Source: a virus
Taxonomy: Duplodnaviria; Caudoviricetes
IMG/VR virus record: IMGVR_UViG_3300031993_000015
Length of the DNA: 64,000 nucleotides
Reading direction: 5' to 3' (one strand)
Numbering within the stretch: the stretch's first letter is position 1; the number at the start of each line of letters is the position of its first letter. The translations under genes were made by a program, and so were the position numbers. Below the pieces are notes generated by a model. It was not told the origin of the DNA. It saw nothing but the letters and a program-made list of their open reading frames with translations, and did not search any database. Shown here one piece after another: positions 29,997 through 40,511 of this stretch.

Positions 29997-32900
29997 ATGA
30001 TTCGTATCAAGGCAGACAGATGCGGGTACGACAAGTACAAGTGTGTCGGTATCCCCCAGATAAGTGAAGACAGCAACGGCATGTTCGACGAAAACGTAGC
30101 CATTGTTGCCAGCATGAAGGCTGAGTTCAACAAGCTGCCGATGCGAATCAAGGGAATGGTGTTCTCCGAGGACACCACCAATATGAGCTGGCCTGACGGT
30201 GGTCCGCATCCTGAAGTTCCTGAGCTGACCTGCCGCACGAATACAGATCCTCTGTCTGATGAGACCGACGTGTCCGTGCATCCTGAATGTCTGGATATCG
30301 TGATCGCCGGCCATACCTACCAGTACCCGGTCTATGGCGGAACCAGTGGCTGGGCTGACCTGTTCAATGCGGAGTACCAGCATGGTGAAGATCCCCGGTA
30401 TTTCTACAGGAACACCATCGTGGGTTCTACGAATGCGGTCGCATCCGATGTGTTCATCATCACAGGCGATACGCACTGGCACAATATCTACAGTCTGGGC
30501 GGTACCCGCAGCGGCTACAACGGGGTGCCGAACTTCACGGTCAATATCACAGACACGATGGAGAACAGCGTCGAGATGGGCCCCGGCCTGCTGGAGCCTA
30601 TGCTGGACACAGACTTCGACCCCGTGGATATCAGCACGATCCCCGCATGGGAAGCCGGTGATGACAGTTTCACACTGAGCAATATCTTGATCAATGGCTG
30701 GAAAGGTGTTGTAGATGACCGCTTCCGGAACATCTACGCAAGACTGAACAGCATTCCGATAAGCGATGCAGACCGCAAGCTCCGGAGTCTCACAGGCGCC
30801 CAGAATACAGAGTCCGAGTGCAAAAATTTCCAGATCACACTGACAAGTGGCGCAGCTTTGCGGGATCCTGACGATGTTGACCAGCGCACTTATCATGCTG
30901 ACACACTCCCGAACGCAGATAATACGCATACCCCGATCACAGTCGGCAGCAGATGGCATGGAAAGACGGTTACATCTCTGTGGCAGGCTTTCAATGGTGT
31001 CTGGTGGTGGACTGTAGAGGACGCGCCGAATCTTTATGCGGTCAGTGGTGGTAGCATCATATACGGAACCAGTACAATATCTGTTGCTGGCCTCTCCGAT
31101 CTGTATGCGCCGTTCTATGCCTATTTGATGGCATCCTTTGATGTTCCTACATCGCACACCGATGTGAAAGCCGCAGATGTTCCCAGAGTACCTGGAGAAG
31201 GTGGAACGCCGCGCATGATCGAAGACGGCGACGTTGTCGCCAGCGGCGGAACTGTGACGAACTTCACAAGCACAGGCTCAGGCGCAGCGACCAGGTATTC
31301 TTGGGATACAATCGGCGACAACACTGCTGAAATTGCCGTGAAGACCGGACCGCAACTGTCGGAGGATGGGACCGCAGATCCAGAGCCTGGTGGTGTAGGC
31401 ATTGGCGGCGTTCGTATTATCCAAGGCGCTGACTCATCCGACCCGCTGATTCTATATAAAATCTACCATGAGGACTGCATCTCCGAGATTGAGAAGCCGG
31501 AAGCAGATGCGGAGGCTGCTCTGCATGGAGTCATCGACTTTGACATATACGGAAACGAGATCATCACACCGCTTCCAGGTTCGACGATAACACCAGCACC
31601 GGGTATTGTGCAGCCTGTTGTAAACATTGCGCTGGTTATTGATGGCTCTACGGAAACGAATTACCACTCGACCACAGATGTTCCGACTGTCGAGTCTGTC
31701 TACAACTTCATACATGGTATTACGGCTTACAACGGGCCTGTCGCAGATGCGAAGGCGACTGAAATAGCATTGTCTGGGATTTCCGGTAGCACGGTGCTCG
31801 GTGAACCGGTTGATTATGTGATCCCGATCAATAAAGACAGATGGGCGCAGAACACAGAAGACGAGATATCCGGCTATACGGCGGCTGAGAGTATGTATGA
31901 GGCTGCTAAGGCTGCTTGGGAACTCGCCGGAGAGCCGGAAGAAGGCGAAATTTACGAGGCCTACATTGAGGCCAGTACAGCATACAGCGATGCTTACTAC
32001 ACTGTCTATGGCGACGTCTCTGATGGTGAGCCCGGTACCACGTATGTAATAAACAGCATCGTGCTCATGAATGGCGCCATGATGGGTGTTGCAGCTACAA
32101 CGGCGCCATCAGTCAAGGCAGTATATGACTTCGTTCATGACATTTATGCGCTCTCTACAACTGGAACAATTCTGGTAAACGAGCAGAATGTGCCGTATGT
32201 CAGCCACGGTACTCCAGGCACTGTGTTTACTATTGACAGCCTGGACAAAGCCAGATATGAGGCTGAGGAGTACTACCAGGACGAAGTTCCAACAGTTAAG
32301 GCTGTCATGGACTATGTGAAGATGGAAGGTTCGACCTCTTCCATAATAGGTATCATCGGATACACCACAAATCAGCCTGAAGTGCTGTGGCCGATTCCGG
32401 GATCTACTGTGGATCCGGCTGCTGGCTATGTACAGAACGTCAGGAATGTGTATGTGTCGGGCACTCACGGGGTGTCAGGCTATGCGGTGCCCACAGTGGA
32501 TGCTGTGTACAACTTCATCCATAACGTCGCGGTTGAAGGCATGACGTTCTCGTCCGCACTTGTTACTGGAGGAACCCTTGCCGAGATATCCACGACCGAG
32601 GGCGATGTTACGACAATTACAGGCTACACAGCGACAGGCGAGCCAGGCACTTGCTACATGGCAACCTTGATTCCTGTTGGCAGCACAGTGTCTATCGACA
32701 TTGATAACTGCGCCCCAACAGTGCAGGCTGTTATTGACTATGTTGATGACATGCTTCCTGTCGATGCTGTTGCAGGTACACTGGTAAACGGCAGCACAAC
32801 AGAAGTCTGGGCGGAAGGCGACCAGTATGTAGATCCTGTAAGAGGCACCGTCGAAGTGTCCAGCCAGATTGTGGTTGGTTCTACACCTGGGTTGTCTTTG

Positions 32901-35900
32901 CAGACAGTTCCTTCGGTGAAAGCGACATATGCCTTTGTGCATAATGAATCTTTGGATATTGCATATCGGTCTCTGGCAACTGGTGGTACTGTTTCAAACG
33001 CTTTTGGTCCGACGTATATGGCTACAAAAACACCGGCCAATACGCCCAGTTACAGGAAATGGAACAAGAGTAGTAAAGAACAGAATCTGCTTGGTACGAA
33101 TGCATCTGTTACTGGCTGGACTCCTGGCACTATAAATGTCATCGACACGATTGTGTTTGTGCAGGCAAATGTATTTCTGGTTGAAGGGGATGTCAGCATA
33201 ACAGTTCCTTCTATTAAAGCTGTTTACGATTTTGTGCATAATGCATATGCACTGGCTGAGCCTGGCACAGTCAAGGTAATGAGCGGTACCACAACGCGCT
33301 ATGTTGCGCATGGTACGCCTGGCACCGTCTACTCCGTAGATACCATTGACATAGATGTTTATAATGCAGGTGCTTACAATCCAGGTTCAGCAGCTGGTTA
33401 CAGCAATAACGGTAGCTACTGGTATGAAGAGGTGCCAACTGTTCGAGCAGTGATCCAGTATGTTGAAGGTAGATCATGTCCAAGCGCTATAAAAGGCATT
33501 ATCTCTGTCTCCGCCGGCACAGAATCCCTGGTTTCGGTACAAGGAACCACAGCGGCTGCTGGTATTGTTCAACCGGTCAAGAACATCGACATCGGAACAC
33601 AGGACCCGAACAATGTGTCGCCGGATGCTGTTCCTACAGTTCAGGCCGTATACGACTTCATACACGGGTATACCGTCGCGAACTACAAGGTGGCGGATGC
33701 CAAAGCGACAGCAGACGAAACCATCGCGGTAGCCGGCTCTACTGTCCAGGTCAAGTGCGGAACATCGGCCGTTCCTGGCACGTTCTATGTCACGAATGAC
33801 ATGGCCAACATAACGGACACAGTGACCACATATGTAGCTCCTGAAGCTGTGCCTACGGCCATGTCCGTGGTGAACTACATCAGGGCCTATGTTGCAGGAC
33901 ACACGGCGACAGCTTCCAGAATTTCTGTGAGCGATGACAGTCCATACGAGTCACTGGATGCTATCCACACGACTGGTACTGTCGATGTTTCTCGTTGTAT
34001 CAATCTGAATCTAACGGTTAACAAAAGACCGGAGTCTTCCAGGGTTGTGCCGACTGTTGAAGCTGTTTATAACTTTGTACATGACCTCACTGATTTCTAC
34101 TCTGGTTCCACAATGTCAGCGCAGTCGTCTTTGGCTACACGGGGTATCATAACAGGGACCACGACGGGTACCAGCCCAGTCATCACAGGCGCAACTGCCT
34201 CTGGATGCACTGTCGGTACATACAAAGTGGTCAGTAATATCGTGGGTGCTACAAATGCACAGGGCGGCCTGTTCAGCGTAGATGATGTGGTTCCAACAGC
34301 TGACGCCATTGTCAAGTACATCAAGTCACTGAATCTTGATCCAGCCGGCATGGCTGTATCTGGAAATCTGAACCAAAACGGTGACTGGGTTACAGCCGCG
34401 ACGGTCAGTGCTGGTATCTATTATGTGGCTACGAACGTTGTTGCTGGTACAGCCGGATCTGCGGCATATTCATCGGTTCCTACCGTTCGTGCTGTGAATG
34501 ATTTTATTGCAGGTTATACAGCGTCCGTCGGCGGCTTCTCCGTGACTGCTGCAGACAAGGAAGACTGGGAAACAGTCGGCACGGGCACGTCCGCAACCAA
34601 ACGCAAAGCAGACCTAGGCATCGTTGGTGTGGTTGATACACTTGTTGCGGCCACGACCGTGAGCAATCGTTCGTTATCTACGAATACAGTCCCAACAGTA
34701 GCTGCAGTGAAGGACTATGTTGATATACATACACCAGATATGGCAGTATCCGGTAGTCTGAATCAGAATGGTGATTGGGTAACTGCGAGCATAGTAAGTG
34801 CCGGTATTTACTACGTAGCGACAAACGTAGTTGGTGGCACAGCAAATTCACCTGCTTATTCTTCTGTGCCAACAGTGCACTCTGTACATGACTTCGTTAC
34901 TGGTTACACGGCATCTGTTGGTGGTTTCTCTGTAACAAACACAGGTGCAGAAGACTGGGTTACGACTGGGACAGGCGCATCCGCAACAAAACGTGAAGCA
35001 AAACCTGGTCTTGTTGGTGTTGTTGACACTTTAGTAGCAGCAACAACAATAAGTTATCGGTCCTTGTCTATCAAGACAGTTCCGACAGTGGCAGCTGTTA
35101 AGGATTATGTAGATACACAATCCAGAATAGATGCAATACCTGGCAAACTTTATATAAACACAGGAACATCAGCAGGCGAAGCGATTGCTGATGTACGTGG
35201 TACAACGCATACAGAGGGCATAATCCAATCTGTAACAAATGTGTTTGAAGATACAAATGCCACGAATCCACCTTTGTCTGTAAAAGTGGTTCCAACAGTG
35301 GAAGCTGTTATAAACTTCATGCACAACTATGATTTGGCAGAAGACCCAACACCGACACTTGGACCAGTAACACGAGCTATTGCAACCGAAGGAACAATCG
35401 CTGTGTCTGGTCAGACTGCAGCCAAGCTATCGGGTATAGATGCAAGTACAAATGCTATTCCTGGTACATGCTACACTGTTATAAGTATGTTGAACATGCG
35501 CAATCGCACACTTGTTAAGACAAGTGGTTACACGGTTGGTAGCACGAGTTATACAGTCGCCAGTATAGTTCCTACTGTCGAAGCCGTCGCAGAATACGTT
35601 GCAAATTCCACGGCCAGTATTGGTGGTTTTACAACATCTGGTTCAACAGAAGAGTGGATAAGCGGATATACAGCCGTAGCTGGTATGTTCAAGGTTGTCA
35701 GTACTCTGAATGCTGCCGCTGTAACTGATAGTCGTCCATACTCAACAGATACAGTACCTACTGTGGCAGCTGTGAAAGACTACGTGGATTCTAATAAGGG
35801 TGCACAGTATGAGGGTCAGTTCAAAGTATATAAGGCAACGAGCGCAGCAACTAAGTGGACAATAGATCCCGGAACAGTTTATTATCCGGGTGGTTCAAAG

Positions 35901-36122
35901 GATATCCTATCCAATTCAACTGCTGTATCTGTTACCACAGCTGCTCAGACAATCTGGTTAAAGATATACAGAACAGCAGAAAGTGCAACAATTCAGTATG
36001 AGTATTCAACAGCATATGCGCGTGACATATATTCACAATCAATTCCTATTGCTTATGTCATAGGAAGCACAGTGTCTCAATACCAGCACGGACCTGCAAT
36101 TATTGAAGGCCGTTGGGAATAG
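29997..36122 (+). CDS. Long repetitive tail fibre protein
   Basis: 2041 aa, T/G/V/A-rich, 19 copies of (V/A)P(T/S)xxAVxx(F/Y)(V/I) motif. Confidence 0.75.
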   Translation: MIRIKADRCGYDKYKCVGIPQISEDSNGMFDENVAIVASMKAEFNKLPMRIKGMVFSEDTTNMSWPDGGPHPEVPELTCRTNTDPLSDETDVSVHPECLDIVIAGHTYQYPVYGGTSGWADLFNAEYQHGEDPRYFYRNTIVGSTNAVASDVFIITGDTHWHNIYSLGGTRSGYNGVPNFTVNITDTMENSVEMGPGLLEPMLDTDFDPVDISTIPAWEAGDDSFTLSNILINGWKGVVDDRFRNIYARLNSIPISDADRKLRSLTGAQNTESECKNFQITLTSGAALRDPDDVDQRTYHADTLPNADNTHTPITVGSRWHGKTVTSLWQAFNGVWWWTVEDAPNLYAVSGGSIIYGTSTISVAGLSDLYAPFYAYLMASFDVPTSHTDVKAADVPRVPGEGGTPRMIEDGDVVASGGTVTNFTSTGSGAATRYSWDTIGDNTAEIAVKTGPQLSEDGTADPEPGGVGIGGVRIIQGADSSDPLILYKIYHEDCISEIEKPEADAEAALHGVIDFDIYGNEIITPLPGSTITPAPGIVQPVVNIALVIDGSTETNYHSTTDVPTVESVYNFIHGITAYNGPVADAKATEIALSGISGSTVLGEPVDYVIPINKDRWAQNTEDEISGYTAAESMYEAAKAAWELAGEPEEGEIYEAYIEASTAYSDAYYTVYGDVSDGEPGTTYVINSIVLMNGAMMGVAATTAPSVKAVYDFVHDIYALSTTGTILVNEQNVPYVSHGTPGTVFTIDSLDKARYEAEEYYQDEVPTVKAVMDYVKMEGSTSSIIGIIGYTTNQPEVLWPIPGSTVDPAAGYVQNVRNVYVSGTHGVSGYAVPTVDAVYNFIHNVAVEGMTFSSALVTGGTLAEISTTEGDVTTITGYTATGEPGTCYMATLIPVGSTVSIDIDNCAPTVQAVIDYVDDMLPVDAVAGTLVNGSTTEVWAEGDQYVDPVRGTVEVSSQIVVGSTPGLSLQTVPSVKATYAFVHNESLDIAYRSLATGGTVSNAFGPTYMATKTPANTPSYRKWNKSSKEQNLLGTNASVTGWTPGTINVIDTIVFVQANVFLVEGDVSITVPSIKAVYDFVHNAYALAEPGTVKVMSGTTTRYVAHGTPGTVYSVDTIDIDVYNAGAYNPGSAAGYSNNGSYWYEEVPTVRAVIQYVEGRSCPSAIKGIISVSAGTESLVSVQGTTAAAGIVQPVKNIDIGTQDPNNVSPDAVPTVQAVYDFIHGYTVANYKVADAKATADETIAVAGSTVQVKCGTSAVPGTFYVTNDMANITDTVTTYVAPEAVPTAMSVVNYIRAYVAGHTATASRISVSDDSPYESLDAIHTTGTVDVSRCINLNLTVNKRPESSRVVPTVEAVYNFVHDLTDFYSGSTMSAQSSLATRGIITGTTTGTSPVITGATASGCTVGTYKVVSNIVGATNAQGGLFSVDDVVPTADAIVKYIKSLNLDPAGMAVSGNLNQNGDWVTAATVSAGIYYVATNVVAGTAGSAAYSSVPTVRAVNDFIAGYTASVGGFSVTAADKEDWETVGTGTSATKRKADLGIVGVVDTLVAATTVSNRSLSTNTVPTVAAVKDYVDIHTPDMAVSGSLNQNGDWVTASIVSAGIYYVATNVVGGTANSPAYSSVPTVHSVHDFVTGYTASVGGFSVTNTGAEDWVTTGTGASATKREAKPGLVGVVDTLVAATTISYRSLSIKTVPTVAAVKDYVDTQSRIDAIPGKLYINTGTSAGEAIADVRGTTHTEGIIQSVTNVFEDTNATNPPLSVKVVPTVEAVINFMHNYDLAEDPTPTLGPVTRAIATEGTIAVSGQTAAKLSGIDASTNAIPGTCYTVISMLNMRNRTLVKTSGYTVGSTSYTVASIVPTVEAVAEYVANSTASIGGFTTSGSTEEWISGYTAVAGMFKVVSTLNAAAVTDSRPYSTDTVPTVAAVKDYVDSNKGAQYEGQFKVYKATSAATKWTIDPGTVYYPGGSKDILSNSTAVSVTTAAQTIWLKIYRTAESATIQYEYSTAYARDIYSQSIPIAYVIGSTVSQYQHGPAIIEGRWE
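34350..35115 (+). repeat. In-frame tandem duplication (130 codons) in tail fibre
   Basis: MAVSG(N/S)LNQNGDWVTA...VPTVAAVKDYVD starts at 34350 and at 34740 (390-nt period). Confidence 0.85.
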
Positions 36123-36172
36123 CTATATTGTAACTCCGTAGATGCCTAACCTTTTCTGCGGAGTTACTGCCT

Positions 36173-36925
36173 ATGCCCACCTTCGGATGCCACTCATGCG
36201 GCGTCGATCCGTCTAAATACAAAGACTGGATGTCGTCCCCATGCGCCACTTGTAAACTGAAAGACGAACAATACAACACACATCGACCTGCCTTGTTCGA
36301 TAGCGGCAACTGGGACGATGATGACGAGGCCGAGTTCCTTGGAGTCGAGGACAAAGACCTACAAAACATCGACGAAAACGACATCGACGTCGAAGTCCTG
36401 AAGAAAGTCAAGGAAGCCACGGAGATCACCAAGGTGCTCCGTGAAGTGATAGAGAAGCAGGTCTTCCTTGTAGCATCCGGTCTCGTGCTCTCGCTTGTGA
36501 AAATGGCGAAGGAGAGCCCGGTGCTCTTCGAGATTCTCATCAAGAAGATGCAGTATCCCTACCTGAGCTACTCCGAGATCGGCGCCAGTATGAACCCCAA
36601 GTGCTCCAAGCAGAACGTCCTGTACCACCTGAAACACGCCGTCGAAATGTTCCCGGACCTGAACTCCGCAATTCTCACAGACACCAGGTTCTCTGGCGGG
36701 CACTACGCACTCAAGACCATCGCAGAGGCGAACAAGCAGAACAAGGCAAAGCAGCGCATCCAGGGTATTCTCTATGGAGAAGCCAATCCGGCCTTCATCG
36801 CCAGGGGCCTGAAAGAAATCACACGTATCTGCAGCCTTCCTTTCATGGCTGACAAAGACATCATCAATTTCAACCCCTTTATCAAGGATGAGGCCGCCAA
36901 TGTCGCTGACGATCAAGATTCATGA
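36173..36925 (+). CDS. Zn-finger + HTH putative transcription regulator
   Basis: CHSC...CATC; LSYSEIGASMNPKCSKQNVLYHLK resembles a sigma region-4-type HTH. Confidence 0.55.
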   Translation: MPTFGCHSCGVDPSKYKDWMSSPCATCKLKDEQYNTHRPALFDSGNWDDDDEAEFLGVEDKDLQNIDENDIDVEVLKKVKEATEITKVLREVIEKQVFLVASGLVLSLVKMAKESPVLFEILIKKMQYPYLSYSEIGASMNPKCSKQNVLYHLKHAVEMFPDLNSAILTDTRFSGGHYALKTIAEANKQNKAKQRIQGILYGEANPAFIARGLKEITRICSLPFMADKDIINFNPFIKDEAANVADDQDS

Positions 36926-38069
36926 AGACGTCTACAAAGTCCAGGATCCGCGCATAAGGAAGATCACAACTGGCGCCATGTCGCTGGAACACTTTGTCGC
37001 TACAATCAGCCCTGATGATCCGTTCGTACTGGTACATGACACGGTCTACGTCATGACCGAGCAGGAGTACTACTCCACCAGAGCCGTCTATCCGACGCAC
37101 AGGCTGATGGACCACATGTTCACTCACATCATGCAGATGCAGGATCTGTCGGTGTTCTCGGAAGACGACCGCAAGTACATCGAAAAGGCTCGCAAAGACT
37201 ATCCTGAGTGCCCGCGCTGTCAGCAGAAGAAGTACCGCAAAAAGTTCTACGAGCTGGGCCTCAAGTACAACCTGGAATCAGAGCTGAACGACTGCCTGAA
37301 CATACTGCAGCGCGTTCCGCGATATCCGAAGGTGAACGGGGAGATCAAGCCGACGCTTTCTTTTGTGAGTGCTTGGGTACACAATGTGCCGGAGACCACA
37401 CGCAAAGGCTGTATCGCCTGCGTGGAGAAGCATCTGTCCCAGGCGTACATCCTTGCCGGCGAGGTAGAGCAGGGCTACCCGGAGCACATCGTGCTGGTCT
37501 GTGGTCATCTTGGGCAGGCAATCGACGAGCTGCCGGATGAAGCCTTCTTTATGAAGCAGACGCTGGAGTTCTGCATGGCAAAGACCATTGAGTCCGGCGT
37601 GCCTGTCGTGCCACTGTGGGCGATTCTGTCGCAGCTTCTGCTGGTGCAGCGCGGGATGAAACCCGTGGAAGACTTGAGCAATCCTGTGTACGACATTGGT
37701 CTGGATGTGACCGATGATATCGTCGCGGAGTGGAAGAACCTGACACCTTACATGCAGGGCAAATTCAAGGCACTCATGGTAGAGTGCGGCGCAGCCATCG
37801 GGAACTACAAGGAGAACCACGATGAAAAGAGCCGGTTCCAGTTCTCCGGCTACATGGCGAGTGCCGCCGAGATGCTGGCATCTGTTGCACCGAAGATGGC
37901 GAACATGTTGCGCGACCGCAGACTCGCCTTCGTGGCAGCACCTGATTTGATGGAAGAAGCTGGATATGATCTGTACGGGCTGGTGGAACAGCTCGATGGC
38001 TCAGACAGCGGGACCAGTGTGAGTGTCGATCTCGGTGTAGAGCAGGGAGTCGCTGACGACCCCGCCTGA
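36900..38069 (+). CDS. Hypothetical Cys/His-rich protein
   Basis: CPRC and CIACVEKH...GYPEH...GHL; ATG 36900. Confidence 0.6.
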   Translation: MSLTIKIHEDVYKVQDPRIRKITTGAMSLEHFVATISPDDPFVLVHDTVYVMTEQEYYSTRAVYPTHRLMDHMFTHIMQMQDLSVFSEDDRKYIEKARKDYPECPRCQQKKYRKKFYELGLKYNLESELNDCLNILQRVPRYPKVNGEIKPTLSFVSAWVHNVPETTRKGCIACVEKHLSQAYILAGEVEQGYPEHIVLVCGHLGQAIDELPDEAFFMKQTLEFCMAKTIESGVPVVPLWAILSQLLLVQRGMKPVEDLSNPVYDIGLDVTDDIVAEWKNLTPYMQGKFKALMVECGAAIGNYKENHDEKSRFQFSGYMASAAEMLASVAPKMANMLRDRRLAFVAAPDLMEEAGYDLYGLVEQLDGSDSGTSVSVDLGVEQGVADDPA

Positions 38070-38426
38070 GTCGTCCATAAGGGCGTTGATCTGGTTCCAT
38101 TCGACAACCAGGGCGTTCACGTCTTTCTCAATGGAGTGATACGTGAGGTCGGCCATCTTGGCTGTGTCGAAGATCATTTCGATCTCGTCGGTGCGGAAGT
38201 AGCACTCGTCTTCTGGTTCATAGTCCGGGAACTCGACAAGTTCCGACGGGGAACACACATGGCTGAACCGGTACAGGGGAGCCAGGTCATCTGCACTGCG
38301 GGGCAGCACTTCAATGGCGAACACCGCACTGGTGATGTTACTGCCGACTGCCTTGATTTTGATCTTGACAGAACCTTTGCGGCCGGTTGTGGTTTCCTGG
38401 CTGATATTGATGGTTGCGACTGCCAT
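38001..38426 (-). CDS. Hypothetical protein
   Basis: ATG 38426 with RBS TAAGGAG; FSHVCSPSELVEFP. Confidence 0.6.
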   Translation of the reverse strand: MAVATINISQETTTGRKGSVKIKIKAVGSNITSAVFAIEVLPRSADDLAPLYRFSHVCSPSELVEFPDYEPEDECYFRTDEIEMIFDTAKMADLTYHSIEKDVNALVVEWNQINALMDDSGGVVSDSLLYTEIDTHTGPAV

Positions 38427-38436
38427 GACGGTCTCC

Positions 38437-38679
38437 TTATCTGATGACGACGCCGGCAATCGTGACCGGCAGTTTGAACAGTGATGCGCAGAGCTTGATG
38501 AACTCTGGTCTGAGGCGGTAGCGCAGTACCGCAACGCGAAGCAGGGCGTTCACTTTCAGCGTCTTGGCCCCGCAGGTGCCACAACGCTTCCAGGCTGCTG
38601 ACGCGGCCTGTAACATAGGAAACCCGTCGGCAGGGTTGCTGAGGAGTTTTTCTTCGTCTTTTGTCAACATGACGTGCAT
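38437..38679 (-). CDS. Small protein with CGTCG motif
   Basis: Divergent from 38719 gene; start approximate. Confidence 0.5.
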   Translation of the reverse strand: MHVMLTKDEEKLLSNPADGFPMLQAASAAWKRCGTCGAKTLKVNALLRVAVLRYRLRPEFIKLCASLFKLPVTIAGVVIR

Positions 38680-38681
38680 CC

Positions 38682-38690
38682 TATAGTAAG
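38682..38690 (+). promoter_or_regulatory. TATAGTAAG putative phage promoter motif
   Basis: Between divergent genes, 28 nt upstream of ATG 38719. Confidence 0.55.
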
Positions 38691-38718
38691 ACAATCAACC
38701 AAATGAAAGGCTTATACG

Positions 38719-39651
38719 ATGGATAACCTTGACAAATCCTGCTTCGCTTATCAGGACGGTAAGCGCTACCCGATTCACACAAAAGAAGACACGTTAAACT
38801 CCTTCCGCCAGTACTGCGGGGAGAAAAGCCGCTTCGGTGAGGCGCTCAACAGGACCATCCAGAAACAGTTCGACAAGGCTGCCAAGTATCACGAGATTAC
38901 TCTAAAGGAGCCTGAGCAAACCAAGACGGCTTCCGCCAAGCAAATCGAGACTTTCAAGGCCGGCCAGGGCACCATCAGCATGCCTGTGATCGAGACTGGC
39001 GAGGAACTGGACAAGGCTGTGGCGTTCGTTCTCGAAAAACGTGCCTCCATGAGCCGCGATGAGCTCAAGGATACGGCCAGATACGTCCTTTTCCAGGCTG
39101 CGAACAGCGATCTGGACATCGACAGCCCGGAAATGCGCAAGATTTCCATGATCGCCGGCGCCGGAATCAACGACCGCGAGGAAATCGAGCAGCAGCTTGG
39201 TGTTAGAGCCAAGATGGCGAGCCTGTCTCCGGCCAACGCACAGACTTTCTGGCAGTTCTACAACGGTCTGAAGGACGTTTCCGACGATGAACTGACCAAG
39301 GAAGCCAGTCTGGACAAGATCTGTGGCTTCATGGATGCGGTCGATACCGAGTTCAACCTCAAAAACCGCTATGGAGAGACCTACGACGGCATCACTCTGA
39401 AGGCGCCGGAAGAGGCTTGCTTCGGCCAGACTATCGACGACCTGCTCAAAGAGGCTTCCGACATGATGGAAATCACCTCAATCGACACTGTTTTGAGCAA
39501 ATCCGCCCTTCTGGAGCGCAAAAACGAGGTCAACAGCTTCTTCAAGAGCCATTTCGGGGTCGAAAATGACCTTTCTGACCAGGAAATGATCGAAAAAGTG
39601 GCTTCTCTCGACGCTTCCGTCGCAAAAGCCTTCCTGGAGTACGTGAAGTGA
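38719..39651 (+). CDS. Putative head-interior/scaffold-like protein with KxAS repeats
   Basis: KTAS, KRAS, KMAS, KEAS x2, KVAS; RYPIHTKE motif. Confidence 0.5.
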   Translation: MDNLDKSCFAYQDGKRYPIHTKEDTLNSFRQYCGEKSRFGEALNRTIQKQFDKAAKYHEITLKEPEQTKTASAKQIETFKAGQGTISMPVIETGEELDKAVAFVLEKRASMSRDELKDTARYVLFQAANSDLDIDSPEMRKISMIAGAGINDREEIEQQLGVRAKMASLSPANAQTFWQFYNGLKDVSDDELTKEASLDKICGFMDAVDTEFNLKNRYGETYDGITLKAPEEACFGQTIDDLLKEASDMMEITSIDTVLSKSALLERKNEVNSFFKSHFGVENDLSDQEMIEKVASLDASVAKAFLEYVK

Positions 39652-40265
39652 GCTTCCCGCTGTCCAATCACTGCTTCGTTTCCTCTGTCACGCTGGCAAC
39701 TTTGCGCCAGTTGGGCATGGAATCGCTTGAATGGGACCCGGAAGTGCTCATGATGGGCTTCGAAGCGACTTTTGGGGTGAAAAAGATGCCCCAAAAGCTG
39801 TTCGACAAGCTGAATTGCGGCTATATGTTGCTCGGAACCGACCTTTTCTACAGTTCTATCGAGGGTTTCCTGTCTGCGACGGCTGTTATGAACGATAGAC
39901 CATTCGAAGAGGACCAGATTCCATTCTGCAGCCTGGAAGAATGCGCCTGGAGCGTCTGGGAAGCATCCCAACTGACTGGAGAGACGTCTGATGGCAAGCC
40001 TACGACGGAATTTCACCCGGATATCGTGAAATACATCCAGGAAGCCGGTCGTTTGAACGGCGTGAGCAAGTTTCCGCTGTGGCTGAGCTTCGCAAACACC
40101 GAAGATGCCCCATATCCGGACATGTCAGGCGACGAATCAGTCTTCGAAATGTATATGCAGCGCCAGCAGGAGTATATCGCAGACCTGAACCGATACGTGC
40201 AGGGGCGCCAGGACAAGCTGACCGAAGAACTGCAGAAACTCGAAAAACTGCGTCTTGTGGGTTAA
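39648..40265 (+). CDS. Hypothetical protein
   Basis: GTGA-coupled to upstream gene. Confidence 0.6.
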   Translation: MSFPLSNHCFVSSVTLATLRQLGMESLEWDPEVLMMGFEATFGVKKMPQKLFDKLNCGYMLLGTDLFYSSIEGFLSATAVMNDRPFEEDQIPFCSLEECAWSVWEASQLTGETSDGKPTTEFHPDIVKYIQEAGRLNGVSKFPLWLSFANTEDAPYPDMSGDESVFEMYMQRQQEYIADLNRYVQGRQDKLTEELQKLEKLRLVG

Positions 40266-40290
40266 AATCGGGTACTTTTGGCGGTATAAT
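40262..40290 (+). promoter_or_regulatory. Sigma-70-like promoter upstream of RNA island
   Basis: TTAAAA-17 nt-TATAAT (40285-40290). Confidence 0.55.
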
Positions 40291-40387
40291 ACAATGGTGC
40301 TGAATAAGCACTGTTGCGGTGACTATCACCGCAGCCTTTCTCCCTTGGCTTAAACAGGGAGATAGCTTTGCTTTTACACCATAGGTG

Positions 40388-40396
40388 TATAGTAAA
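40388..40396 (+). promoter_or_regulatory. TATAGTAAA promoter-motif variant
   Basis: Ends 6 nt before the first tRNA. Confidence 0.45.
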
Positions 40397-40402
40397 CCAG
40401 AC

Positions 40403-40492
40403 GCAGGGATGGCTGAGTGGTTTAAGGTGGTCGGCCTGAACCCGACAGCGGCCTGCAGGTCGCCGCAGGTTCGAATCCTGCTCCCTGCGCCA
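40403..40492 (+). tRNA. tRNA-Ser(TGA), C33 variant
   Basis: GCAGGGA/TCCCTGC acceptor, G73, CCA; GTCGG-CCTGAAC-CCGAC arm; long variable arm; TTCGAAT. Confidence 0.85.
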
Positions 40493-40511
40493 GCTCTTTG
40501 ACAATGACAAC

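Noticed and set aside
34350-35115. DGR template/variable repeat
   Set aside because: Both copies are in-frame coding; differences are mostly synonymous and not adenine-specific.
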